DNA of 64,000 nucleotides, from contig JBNZDD010013623.1 in assembly GCA_050575255.1 (NCBI GenBank), positions 2,901,912-2,965,911 of the forward strand. The letters run 5' to 3'. Under the pieces are notes generated by a model. That model made no database searches, was not told where the DNA came from, and saw nothing but the letters and a program-made list of their open reading frames with translations. Origin of the DNA: Harriotta raleighana. Its lineage: Eukaryota. Each line of letters starts with the position of its first letter. Positions within the stretch are counted from its first letter, which is position 1. This document shows positions 12,950 to 26,608 of the stretch, in pieces. The position numbers were made by a program, and so were the translations under genes.

Positions 12950-13530
12950 GGATTTCCCCAAGCCAATCCATCGAACAGCAACTTACATCATTGCCTCTGA
13001 CAGTCCAGCAGACAGTCTGTGCATTGTGGGTGTGTTTGGATGGGACAGGGAGTATCATAGAGAAAAGCTGTGTGTATGGTGGGGAGATTGGGGGGGGCGG
13101 TGGGAGAGGAGGGTGGAGAGAGAAGTGTTGGGGGGGCTGGAAATGGGCTATTCCATATATAGTAATGGAACTTCCTTTCTCAGAAATCACTTGAGCCTCC
13201 ACCAAATTCAATGTTATACTGAAAAGTAGGTTTCACTTTCGCTCTTGGCTCCCTTTGTTCTTATCCTCCAGCGATGTCGCCTCGAAAAGCGCTCCATTTA
13301 CTCAAATCAGCACAATTTACCTTTACTCAGCCTCTGCTTGTGTTATTCGGGACGTCCTCCCAACGTGAAAGGTGCTATGTTGTTGTTGTTGTTGCTTCTC
13401 TGCAGATTGGGATGTTGAATGCAAGTTGATGTTGCTGTAAAGTGTTGGCAGCGTTCCCAAGGACTATGTTGTTTGACTTGCTAAAATATTCCCCAAATCT
13501 GGATCAAAGGGGGAATTCCTGGGAATTCCT
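12950..13530 (-). promoter_or_regulatory. IRF7 promoter: ISRE (GGTTTCACTTTCGC 13229-13242), GAS (TTCTCAGAA 13177-13185), TATA-like (13153-13160), kB sites (GGATTTCCCC 12950-12959; GGGGAATTCC 13510-13519 with tandem near-copy 13520-13529)
   Basis: Exact consensus matches clustered just upstream of the first IRF7 exon; IRF7 is a known interferon- and NF-kB-inducible gene. Confidence 0.65.
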
Positions 13531-15324
13531 GAAAGCTGATGCAATTTTTTGGGGGTCTTCATAAACAGAGAACAAAATCCTTTCAAAAGGGCACTGGATT
13601 ATAACAATAATAATATAAAATTAACACAATTATAATAATAATTTGATGTACCGCCTTATCACATCGTTGAGATGTCTCAATGCTCTTCACAGCATACATT
13701 GTAAAGTGTGTATTTTGTGGGGAAATGCAGCATCGAATTGCACACAGCAGTGTCCCACAAGAGATTGTGGATTGAGTGACCAAATATATTATAATGAGGA
13801 GCGGTTGTGCATTTGTGCCTACAGTGTTTGGCGACCTGTAGCTCAGTGGTTAGAGCACTCGCCTTTACAGTATATTCTGTGAAGCGCTTTAGACATGAGA
13901 AGACGTGAGAAGCGCTATATCAAATACAAAGATTATTATTATTCTTTTGTGGGTGAGGCGATAAGGCGCTGTATCACATGCAAGAATTATGCAAGCATGC
14001 AAGGCTCCCAAATGGCGTCGGACACTTGCTGTTGTGGCAGAAACTCTCTCCACAGTTAGCCCAGGTGGTGGAAGTGGCTTTCATTTCTTCCCCGCTGGTT
14101 TGCTGGTGCCGTGCTTTCATTAAGCATTGCGGCCCACCCCCTTTAGGTATTTGCTCCAAACCGTCATGCAAAAGGGAAACCTGGCCGGTGAGAAGTTTCA
14201 GTCAGTAGCAGAGTTCCCCAAAAGTGGTCTCTAAATAAACCCAGCCATTGCAAACAGTCCCTTCTGCACAAGCTCAATCATAGCCATTCCCTCAATAGCC
14301 ACTCGCTCATTATATCTACCAGTTTAATTGATACCAGTTATCTACCAGAGTCAATAGATACCAACAGCAAATTACATTTTATATGGCTACAGCCTTATAG
14401 GTCAGGAAGATATGAACCCCTTGAATCAGCCTTTCTAATCTGAATTGCTTTGGATTATGGATTTTAAAGCATCCCAAGGTGCTTTGCGATGATTATGGTC
14501 AACTGTAGTGTCTGCTTATTCTTTGGGAGAGAAATGCGATACATAGTCAATTGATTTTACAGTATATTCTGAGAAGAGCATTGACACATATCAATGGCAT
14601 GATTATTATTATTATGTAGAAGCATTGAGAGAGTACTATCGGAAACGTGTAGTAAATGTACGTGTTAACCTACAAATTTATAAACCAATTGCTCTGCATC
14701 AAAGGTGAAGAACTGTACCACACTTATCTGAAACCAAACACAGATAAGGATGGAATTTGTGCAGTTTCAGTGTCGTGTCGTTTATTCTTTGTTGGGTAGT
14801 TGGCGGTAACGGGGTGATTGGAAGAAATTCCAAGCCAACATTGCAATGCAAGCCACAAATCAAGCAAGCAGAGAAAGAAGCTAACTTCAAGCAAAATATT
14901 ATGAAACAGAACAACCGAACAATCCACAAATCTTTGTTCCTGGCTGCGTGCCACTTCGTTATCTAGATGTGTCAACACACAATACATTTGAAGAGAAAAA
15001 CAAGTGTACTTCACCTATGTCGTCACCAGGGTCTTTACTCTTTGGCAGAAAGGTCATTAATCTCATCTCAAATTAAGGGCAAGGATCAACTAGCAACAAG
15101 GTTTACACTACCTGGAGTTCAGTGGTGAGAGCACTCGCTTGACAAACGAAGGACCTGGGTTCAATTTCCTACAGGGCAAAACCTTGGGCAAGTTTCTTTA
15201 CTCCACCCGCCTGATGATAATCCCTCACAAAAAAAAACAATGATAAATTTATCACTCCATGACACTTCTGTGCACAATTGACTGCTGCGTTTCGCCCACA
15301 AATATACAATCAATTGACTTTACA

Positions 15325-15572
15325 GTAGTATATGTAGTGCATTGCATCTGCTGCTCACGATGTAGTTCCCTCCACATTGGGGAAATCAAACTCAGTTGGG
15401 TGATCGATTTGCCATTTCAACTCTCCTTCCCACTCGCAGTCTGACCTCTCCATCCACTGTCTCCCACGCTGGTCCAATTAACCACAATGCAAGCTCGAGG
15501 AACAGTGTCTTATCCATCTGCTAAGGACCTTACAGCCCTCTGGCTTTAATAATAAATTCAATAATTTCAGGC
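15325..15572 (+). mobile_element. Penelope-like element fragment (GIY-YIG endonuclease end)
   Basis: VVHCICCSRCSSLHIGEIK and KLEEQ..L.TLQPSGFN peptides. Confidence 0.7.
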
Positions 15573-18500
15573 CATAACAGCTCACCTTCCTCCTCCCCCT
15601 CTTCTGTGACCACCTGGGCTGCCTGTTCTTTTGTAGTTTCATCCCCTCTTGTTTAACATTATTAACTCCTCTTCATCATCTCATCCAACGGCCGGGTGTA
15701 TATATACACACACACGGTGAACGTAGAACAGTCATTCCCATCTAATGCAACACATAATGGGTTAAAACAAACCTACTATGAAAGGGAGGCCTTCTCATAC
15801 TATACACATAGTAATTAATTAATTGTAATTATACAGCAAAACACTCAGAGGCTATTAACAATGACCAACAATGACCAAAGTGAAAAGGCCTGCAGGACCC
15901 AACTAGACTAATTTCCAAGAATCTCGCGTTATTCAATATCATATGACTCACTTAATATTAGAGAACACATCATCGCTTGGAAGAACACTCTCACGAGTCA
16001 GAATTTCCGCTGTTTGAATTCATCAGTTTGTTCAAACGTGCGGATAAAGCTAACTATTTAATGAGAATGTGGTCAGTCCCACAATTGTTAGTCTTTCAAT
16101 CTAAATACTTCCAAAGACATTCATATTTTGAATAGTTCAATGTTACAAACCAGCATTCCTTGTCTTAGTCTTAAATTCGCTTAAGGTTAGTTGACTCATC
16201 AGTTACCATGTCAAAACATTTAGCATTAAGCAATGTATACAGTCCCTGGACAATACTGTAGGATTTATGTAATTAATGTGTTAAATAATATCTCTAATGA
16301 GATGTTTGGGCCACAAAGAAATTTGACAAACATTCCGATTAAAAAAAGAGAGAAATGTAATGATAATTGTCCAGTCAAAGAAAATAGAAATGTAAACAAA
16401 ATGAAATGGATTGGAAACAAATTGATCTCTAAATTTATATGATAGAATGATGCGTTTCCAAGGTCTCTATGGGTTATGTTGTAACCCTTCAAATGAATAT
16501 TTGGGGAAGGCCAACAGTCAGTGTATGAGTTTGAGACCACTCTGCATATTATTTGTTGACTCAGGCGTCTACCTAATTATTCTTTGAAAGAGCAATCTGA
16601 ACAATCACAATAATTACCTAAAAGTATTTCCCCACCGGATGTTGTGACTGAACAACTAGTCCATGAGAACTCCTGAGCACAAGGCATTAATCTTTCTAAA
16701 CTGTGAAAAACGTGTTTAATTTGGGATGAGATAGTGCCAATTACAACTTGCACAAGCCAAGTGTGTAAACAAAGTGAAGGTTGTGTAATGTTTGTGTAAT
16801 TTATGTTTTTAAAAAAAGGAGCATGTAACTTTGCTCTGCACATAAGCCAGATCCTACTCACATTCCATAGTACTGATAGTAGAAGGTAAAAGATAAACAA
16901 AGTGAGCAATAGTTAAAAATATGGGGATCTGCATAGAATTACAGATAAAACCAAATAATTTGGAACATGTAATGTGAGAATGAAACAACAGAGTAAAATA
17001 AGCATTGATAGATCTAAGCGAGGAAAGTACTCTAACCAATAATGTCAAATACATTCACATTTTAGTCATTTTGAATTGTTTTAAGAGTTACAGTGTCAAT
17101 TATCTTAATATTACTTGATTTATTCTGATTTATTTCATGTATTCTTTATTTTATGTATTGCAATATTTAATGAACGTAATGTTTATACCAATTAAATATG
17201 GATACATTTATTGGGAATTTTATAAGATGATAAGTGTGCCCATAAAATATTTTGGGCTAATAAAATTGAAGTATATTCTGGTTAGTTTATTTTTATTTAA
17301 ATAATTATTAATAATGATTTACTGTACTTGTTGGATTATGTATCGGATGAAAAAATCTGACGATAACTTTTTTATGCACACTTAAGAATCATAAGAATGT
17401 TAAATTAGGTTGGGGATCAAATAAAGTGAGAGAAATGGAGCAGAATGGTATCGATTTTACAATAATTACAGTAATAAAAGTGGGTTTACATTTCTAACCT
17501 GATCCACTTCAGGGTGGACTGTAGGATTCTGTAATTAATGTGTTAAATAATATCTCAAATTTTATATTTGTGATATTTAGATATTTGAAACACATGGTCG
17601 ACCTCATATGAGGGGAGCTCGTTGTGACTAAGAAGAAGATCTTGCTCAAGGAGGAGAAACAAAAGAAAACAATTTTTCATTCCATATCAGGCATTTTCTC
17701 ATGGAAAACTAGTATGTAGTTGGAGAGAGCTGTGTTGCATTTGCTTTTTTTCACAAAGGAACCATCTTGCAAAAGACAATAGATGAAATGTTAACTAATC
17801 AAAAATATGAACGAAGATTGATTTGAGAAAGAAGTGAGAAAATTAGAACTTGGAGTTGCAATCCATATTCTGGCTTCTAAAGAAGGTTAATGAACTCTAA
17901 AGGTACAATAATACCAGGATATTTTAGGGTAATATTGAAATAGAAACTGTACAACAATACTTGGATATCTTTTGATGGACATAATATATTTAGATTAAAT
18001 TAGACTTTGCTTCTCTATCTCTCCCACAGTATTTGGTTTGGTCAATTTAAATTGTTGTGAACTACAGTATATGAGCATAATTGGATGTACTATATTATGT
18101 TAAGTACTTATAGCCATTGTTAATCTAACCCTTACAATACTACCAAAATTTGCTCAATTCATATTCCCTGAAGATATACAAACAATAGACTGAATTCCTG
18201 TTCAATGTTAGTGTCGTCCTTTGATAATTTCTCTGGGCAAAATTGCATTGACGTTCGACATCATCAAAGGTGCTGTGCCTATCTCCAACCAGTATTTCAG
18301 CCATCAGATGAGTTAGGTCCAAAGGCGTGCTTGAGTTTCAAAGTCTTGTAGATCAAAGAGGACACGAATTCCATACATTTGCTATCTATGACGAAAGAAA
18401 TTAGATTAGGAAACAGTGCCTGAATTTTAGCACAATTGAAAATGGTTTGGGTGGAGACCATTGATGAAGTAGATTACACATAAACTGTGAAAGGAACAGA

Positions 18501-20431
18501 CTTAATGGGCAAATGGCCTATTTTTACTCCATGCAACATCATGTTCCAGTCTTCCTTTAAATCACCTCCAATGCAATTCATAGAATTCAGTTTAGACGTC
18601 AGTGTCAGTTCAACCCTAGCATTGTAGAATTGGGCCTGTTTTATAACCTGCAGGAGCCTCCGCTGAATAGAATAACCTTAGTGATTTGGGCTGGAGCTTT
18701 AGGAGCTTTTAAAGAGTTCTTCAGGCTACATTACATCACATTACTGGAAATAAGACCTTGAGGGGGGTTTTCACAGACAGTTGAATGATAGAACACTTGT
18801 TCAAGAGAGAAAGGGAACTTGCCGAATTCTCAATTCTCACTTGTTTCACCAATTTTGACGTATGTGATGCTTTTAGAAAGTCCTGTACTTTTCCAACTAG
18901 TATTAATTGTTGCCAAGTTGGAGCAATTTGCAGCGTGGGAAATGTGAGAGCTGTAGTTTGCAGTGGTAAGTGAAATCCAACCAAGTTTACTAATTATTAG
19001 TGAGAACCCTACGCCCCATTGCTGGAAAGTTAGTGAGTGTGGATATCTGATGAGGCGAGGTCTGGATTGATCAGCTGATGTGTCCTCTTTTATGTTACAA
19101 ATCGTCACTTTGGAGACTTGTACCTATCCCAAGTTGATATCTTCAGGGACGTGGAGATCTGTTAAGGTGGATAAGAGAGCAAGGAATAAATTCTATTTTA
19201 TTGTATTAGAACAATAATAATAATACTCCTTGTATTTGATATAGCACAAATCTACAGTCGGTTTTCCTGCTTTCTTTTCCCTACCCCAACCCTTCCCCTT
19301 ACCCTCTTTCCCCCCTTTCGACCCTGGCCCCATTTCCATGACTGTTTGTGGGACACTGCTGTGCGCAATTTGCCTGACGCGTTTCGCCCACAAATATACA
19401 ATCAATTTTCCTACTCTTCTTTCGCCTAACATGACCCCTCCTCCCCTGCTCTGTTCCCTACCTCTTTTCCCCCCTTCCCTCTTTTCTTCTCCCCATCCCA
19501 ACCCCTCCCCCACCTGCTCTGGTCCCTACTTTGGGACGTTGTTCTATTCTGTGAAGCTCTTTGAGATGTCGATAAGATGTGGAAAACGCTATATAAATGT
19601 AAGAATTATTATATATTATATATATTATTATACTGTATATAGCACTTTTCACATCTTCTAGAAGTCTCAAAGCGCTTTATAGAATATACTGAAAAGTGAA
19701 TTCACTATATATTTGTGGGCAAAATGCAGCAATCAATTGCACAGAGCAGTGTCCTACAAACAGTCGTGGATTGAAATGACCAATTTAGTATAGTTTTTTT
19801 TGAAGGATTATTATCAGGGCATATTCAACTGTGGTTCAAATGAGATTCATAAACTTGCATTGAAACCTGATTTTGCTGCAACGCACAAAATATCTGGAAC
19901 AGTATCATTGGTAGAATAGAAACAGAAATAGAATAGAAGATAGAAATAATATGTCAGGCACACTAAAAAAACTTGATAAATTTTAATTTCATTTTGAGAT
20001 GTGCTTTTACATTTTGCACTAGAAATTTTTAGTTTGAACACACTTTCTTCACCTCTAAGAGATCAGCTACAAATTGGTTTAGACTAAATAGCTAGAACAC
20101 ATTACCAGAAAGGGTCAGGAAGCCAGGAAACAATTTGTTGAAGAAATGGCCGTTTGAAAATGAAATCAGTTCCCTTATTTAAACTAGTTTAATTAAGGGA
20201 ACTGATACTTCCAAGGTATACTTAATAGGAATAGGAAAATTGACTGTATATNGTGGGCAAACATAAGTGCCCTAAACTAGACAGTTACACCAGCCAGGAT
20301 TTAAATTTGATCATTGGCTAGATCCAAATCCAATTCCAAGAAATGCTAACTTAACATGGGACAGTGTAAATTCCCACTATAAGAAAATATTTATATATAT
20401 AAGAATACAAGAAACATATTTTCACTAGAAG

Positions 20432-20750
20432 TGGAGTCCTGTGGTTCAGTGGTTAGAGCACTTGCCTTACTAGCGTGAGACCTGTGTTTCAAATCCAGGC
20501 AGGTCAGGGCAAAACTTTGGGCAAATTTCCCTACTCAAGTGCCTAGTAATAATCCATCCCCAAAAAAAATCTATAATAAATTGGTCATTTCAATCCATGA
20601 CTGTTTGTGGGACACTGATGTGTGCAATTGGTGGCTGCATTTTGCCCACAAATATATAGTGAATTCACTTTGCATTATATACTGTGAAGCGCTTTGAGAC
20701 TTCTAGAACACATGAAAGCGCTATATCAAATGCAAGGATTCTTATTATCA
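20432..20750 (+). mobile_element. Deu SINE, full length
   Basis: Same consensus as other copies. Confidence 0.88.
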
Positions 20751-21367
20751 TAAGAAAAAGAAACATATTCAATATGTAAGCTTGTTCCAACAAAAAATTG
20801 TCATCTGTACATTTGAAACACATTTCTAAAGGGCCAATCTATTCATGGAAATATACTCAATTACTTTGATAAAACTGTTGATACAAATCTCAATGACATG
20901 CACTAGTTACAAGGCCAAACAAATAGCCTGTTCTCCTGGCTCATCTCTCTCCTATGCAAAGATGGATTTGAATGAAAATAAAGGCTTGTTTTAGTCCGGG
21001 TCTCATGTTTCATACTGTTAGTGGTGTAAGCAAAACCAGAGACTTTATTAGCTTGTATGCCATCCTGTCAAACAACTTCCTCCTTCTATCTGGCTCACAT
21101 GTTGCTGACTTATAAATCGGGGAGTTATTCTGTTCTCTTTGCTGATGTGCCATTTTTACATTTGGTGCCTTTCCTGACTCTGCTGCTGTTTCCATATGAT
21201 TAACCAGTGCAGTTTTAGGTTACAGGTCAATCATCTCATCAAAGCTAATATGAAATTATATTACAAAATATACAGTCTTTACACTTTACAGTATATTCTG
21301 TGAAGCGCTTTGAGATGTCTTGAAGGTGTAATAAGGTGCTCTATCAAATATAGGGATATTATTATTA

Positions 21368-21985
21368 CAGTACAAGCTTGTTTATCCGCGACTCGATGAA
21401 CCGGAAATCCCGATGAACCGGAACCTCAAAAAAAAAAGTCACAATTCGATAAACCGGAAGTTATCCGGCAGCATTGATGATGCATTAAATGAATCGATTG
21501 TCGCACGCAAGTACTGGTGCAGGTAGTCAGCTGGCTGCTAGTCGAGTCTAAACTTGCTCCTCCTCCTTTTAAAAGTCGCAATAATGCTGCTTTTTTTTCC
21601 TCCATGGGAGCCACCATTGCAAAGTTAAGTATAAATAATAAAGTACTAATACAATATTCTGTTATTATAGTATCAGTTATAAGTGTATTTAGTCTACTAT
21701 TTATATGGTATTGTTCAACATTTACAATAAAGTAGCCATACAATATTCTGTTATTACAGTATCTGTTATCACTAAATTTACTCTTATTTATATGGTACAG
21801 TGTACAACATTTACAATAAAATACCCATACAATATTGTTATTATGTTATTATACCATATTATTAATAGTGTATTATTAAAATAGTATGTGTTAAAAAAAA
21901 TTTTTTTTTTAAAACTTTCAAAGGGAAAACCATTTCACTGCCACTGGCCAGGTCCTGTGGGTGCCAGATAAACAGGCTTTTACTG
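21368..21985. mobile_element. TcMar/Tigger-like MITE
   Basis: TA|cagtacaagcttgtttatcc ... agataaacaggcttttactg|TA, TA target-site duplication. Confidence 0.8.
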
Positions 21986-24900
21986 TATATAATAGTATTT
22001 CAAATGTTACTATTGTTATTATACATAGCTATGAATGTGGGTACGGACTTGATTGGCTGAATGGCCTCCTTCTGCGCTACAGATTTTTATGATGAATGTG
22101 CAGTTCTTTAGGTTGGCTAAAGAACAGAATGGCGAGTAGCGAACGTCAATAAATTCCGTTTTGGAAACCCCTCTTTACAGGTCTAGTCAGGGTAAATAAA
22201 TTCACATTGAAGTAACCTGCAAAGCACTCAGGCCTGTTGCGATGTGATAAGGTGCAATAACAGTGCAGTTTTTCCATTTTCCTTATTCTTCTGATATGAA
22301 CTGAACTGGCTATCAAGTGAAATTACATCCTTCCACACTGTAAACTGTAAACTGTAGCTGTGGCATGATCAAAATTAAAAATGTAGTAATTCAACATCCA
22401 TCCATACAGATATACATACACACCACATACATACATACAGACACATATACATACACACACATACAACCAAACAGGTTGCAGATAGCAAAACCCATCTGTA
22501 ATCTAACACCGTGTTTGTTGAAATACCAGAATTTCTGGTTAATGACCGGTGAGAGCAGACATAATATGACAGTCTTGTGATTGACATGAAATTTGGCTTT
22601 GTAAGATTTCACTTGTTCAGCAAGTTTGCATTCCAGCAATAATGCTTCATTGCCACTGAGGAAGTCAAGAACAACAAAATCACACTTGGACAGCACCTTT
22701 CACATCAGGAGGATGTCCCAAGTCACTTAGGTATGTATTTACAGTTATTGAGCAAAACATCCTGGTAATGTGAAGGCAATAAATAATAATCCTTGCATTT
22801 GATATAGCGTTTTTCACGTCTTCTAGACAACTACAACAAAATTGCATTTGTATAGCGTCTTTCACGTCGGGAGGACGCTCAAGGCACTGGACAGTCAATG
22901 TTTCAAATGTCTCAAAGCACTTCACAGAATATACCGTGAAGCAGTCATGGATAGAGTGACCACATTTTTTTTAAGGATTATTATCTCTGGACAAGCGATC
23001 TGCCAATCAACTAACAATCAGATTCCTAATGATTGCTAGATAAACAGAGGCATGTGGAGTAAGTTAAACTTGCCCAAAGTTTCAACCTTCTGGGAATCGA
23101 ACCCAGGTCTCCCACTGCCAGACGAGTTCTCTAAACACTTAGCTACAGGCCTCCATAAAATGCAATGCATACCTCTTCAACTCCAGGTCGGGTGCCAAGT
23201 CAGTATTGTCAAGCACTTTGGGATGCTGTCTCATGGGACATGAAAGGTGCTATATAAATGTACTTTTCTATGCATTTTATTGCAACTGATTCAATGTGAT
23301 TATGATTATGATAATGTTATGCAACATTGCATTTCTTCCTCTTCACATCACAAAGATATCTCAAACTGCTTCACAGGGGTACTGGGAGCTGAGCTGGGGT
23401 GGGGGATAAATACAAGATTAGGAGTTCAATGTCCCCATATGGGGCTTAAACCCACAACCACCTTGTTGTCAGAGAGCTACCAACTGAGTAGCCTGACACC
23501 AAATTTGGATGTAACAAAGACTAGTAGGAGATCACCACCAGTGAAATTCATCCTTGGTGTAAAACAACCCATGAGATCAAATCCCAAAGAAGTAAGATAA
23601 ATTGTTTTTGGGATGTATTAGACACCACAAGTGCAAACACATTAGGGGATGGGATGATTCCTCTTGAAACCAAGCCATAAGCCATGAATGCAACATAAAA
23701 TGCCACACTTGCATTTAGACCTAACAGAATATAGGTAGTTTGATGAAATAATAATAATCCTTGCATTTGCGGTAGCACATCATAATGTCATTAGGATGTC
23801 TCAAAGCTCTTCACAGAATGGTTTGAATGTAATTGACTATGTAGTTTGTGGGCAAAATAAGGCAGCCAATAGCGCACATCACTGCCCCACAAACAGTCGT
23901 GGATTGAGTGACCGCAGTTTTTTCGGATTGATTATTACACCCAGAAAGCATACCGCCAATTGACTAACAGCTAGGTTCTTCCTTACTGCTACATAAGCAG
24001 GGGCGTGTGGAGAAAGGAAACTTGCCTAAGGTTTTACCTTCCCCCGAGAATATGGAAAACCACAAACCCATGCTTAAAGTCTCATTCATAAAATACATTC
24101 TCCCGCCTTGAATGGAAAACGTTGAGGGGAAAGTGTCAGTATGCGGAACCAAAAATCTAATGTTGGATTCTCGATTATGGCCTTTATTACTTCTGGAGAA
24201 ATGAAAGTGATGGCGAGGACATAACGCAGGAAACGGAACGAGCCTTCGTATTATTCACAAGTTTCTGAAGTACGCAACTCATCAGTAAGGTGGTATTGAG
24301 GTTTCCTCCCGTGGTTGGCTTACAGAGTTTGAGAACATCTCACTAAATTTGGGGACTGTTTGTAGGTCATTGTAATGCGTAGATTTACTGCTGCTTTTGC
24401 CTGGAGGTTCACATTCACTATATTTCACCATTAAATTTTTTTGAAAATCTTTGAAACCTTTTGACAATGTGATAAACCACTGCATAAAATGTAAGGGTGT
24501 ATCATTAATAATCTTCTATGATGTCCAAAGATAAATGAGAATTAAGTAAATATTAAGTTATTGTTTTCCTTCAACTCAAAGCATTTCACACAGCACAGCT
24601 AATTGGAATTAGGAATAAACATTAAAATTCTCTGTAGCTGTAAAAGGAGTCCTAGCCTTCTCCCAGGAGATATGCACCTTGCTTACCTAATCTTGGAAAG
24701 TATTGGGTGCAGGTGGAAAAGAGGCAAGGCTTGGAATCCCCAATGTACCCAGAGAGTGGGACACATTATGCGAAGTATGCACCCAAATAAAGTTAATTGA
24801 AACGTAGCATTCTGTGAAACATCATCTATGAGAAAGTTTGACTCTCGACACACTGCAGCATTTTGGGTTTCACTTTCATTTTTTTTTCTACTTTTGTTTA

Positions 24901-25314
24901 CCTGAAACCTAAATCAAAAATCTCTGTGGACTGGCAATTTACCAATTGATTCTCTGGAGGTGCCTGGGCTGATGTTTGTTTCAGAGAATAAACATTGCTC
25001 TTATTTTGTCTTTCACTTCCCCAGCAAACCCCAACCCTTGCCTAGACTAAAATTTATTTTGACCTCAAAAGCAACGCAAATAAAGACTTAAAACTTATGC
25101 ATCAAAAACTCATTGATACCTTTGAATGAGAGTAATGTGTTTTTTTGTTTACAACAGAGGATGGAAAAATGGCACTGACCCGTCTGAAACAGACACAACA
25201 TGCTCGATTGATTTGGATGAGAGGTGCAAAGTGGAACTTTGTTGATTAGAATAAAGTTTTCAGTGAGATGGGGGATGGGACGAGGTAACTCGACCTAACT
25301 CTATAGGTTTTGGG

Positions 25315-26320
25315 TCATTTAAGGATTAAGCCAGACAACATGTTATGTGATACTGACATCTTAATTAGCTTGTTATGGGGCTTGTGGGAGTCGAACCAGG
25401 CGAGGCCAGGTCCATGAAGATAGAGCTGGGAGATGAGGTTGTGTAGGAGAATGTTAACAGTATCGAAGGCAGCAGAGAGGACAAGGAGGCAGAGGGCCCT
25501 GATCACAAATGTTTAAAATTATGTTAGAGACTTTGACCAGGGTATCTATGGACAGCACGGAAGCCGGATTGTAGGGGTTCAAAAAGGGAATGGCGAGAGA
25601 GAAAGGAGCAAAGCTGGGATGCAACAACTTGTTCCAGGGTCTTAACTCCCCCTGCCCCCTGATTTTTCCCCCTTTTTATTCTTCTCCTTCCCTCTCTCCC
25701 TTTCTTCCCTCTTCCCCCTTACTCCCCTTTCTCCCTGGTTTTGCCTCCTACCCACCCTTCCCTCCCTCTTCCCCCTTACCAACATTTCTCCCTCTTTGCC
25801 CTCCCTGATTTCCCCCTTGTCCCCCTTTCTCCCCCCCCTTTCTTCCCTGATTTTACCCTACCCCGCTTTTCCCTCCATTTCTCCCCCTTGCCATTTCCCC
25901 CCCCCCTTTTTTCCCCCATTTCTACGTATGTTTGTGAGACACTGCTGTGCGCAATTTGGCTGCCGCGTTTCGCCCACAAATATACAGTCAATTTTTCCTA
26001 CTCCTTTCCCTGAGCCCTCCCCCCCTACTTGGCTGTACAGCGCTTTGGGACGACCTCCCGACGTGAAAGGCGCTATATAAATAAAATTTTGATTGATTGA
26101 TTGATTAGAGAGGAATGGAAGGTTGAAGATGGGTAGGCAGCTGGAGAGTAGGGATGGTTCCAGGGAGGGTTTTTTCAGGATGGGAGTGATGACAGCTGCT
26201 TTTCGAGGGGTAGGAATAGTGCCGGTGGATAAGGAGAGGTTGATGATGTCAATTAGGAGCGGGGTTAGAAGATGGAGCTGGGAGAAGAGAGGTGAGAATG
26301 GGGTCGAGGGATCAGGTGAT
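25315..26320 (-). mobile_element. L2 LINE fragment interrupted by a Deu/pyrimidine composite insertion
   Basis: LLVLSAAFDTV; P.LKKPSL.PS.LS..PIFNLPF-like peptides. Confidence 0.7.
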
Positions 26321-26608
26321 GAAAAGCATTATATCTTTAAAATTGAAGAATAAACAAAGAAGTTACACTGGTTTATTTTAGTGTAGAAACACTATTGCTT
26401 TCCTCCCACTGAATGTGGAACAGCCCATTGTCCCAATGGTCCAGTATATAATTGGTAAAATCTTGTTGAAGGGTAATAGGATTCCTTGACAGTGTATCCC
26501 TACAAAGTTTTTCTAGCCTTGGCTTAACAGCTGAATTTGAGAATAATCCATAGAAGAAAGTACAGGTAATTCTGCTTTTCTGTGGATCTTGTAGTTACAT
26601 TTTCCTGG

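Noticed and set aside
14699-15014. Hydrophobic minus-strand ORFs that could be the TM exon of the cadherin remnant
   Set aside because: T-rich sequence gives hydrophobic peptides in two frames; no convincing splice pair or motif.
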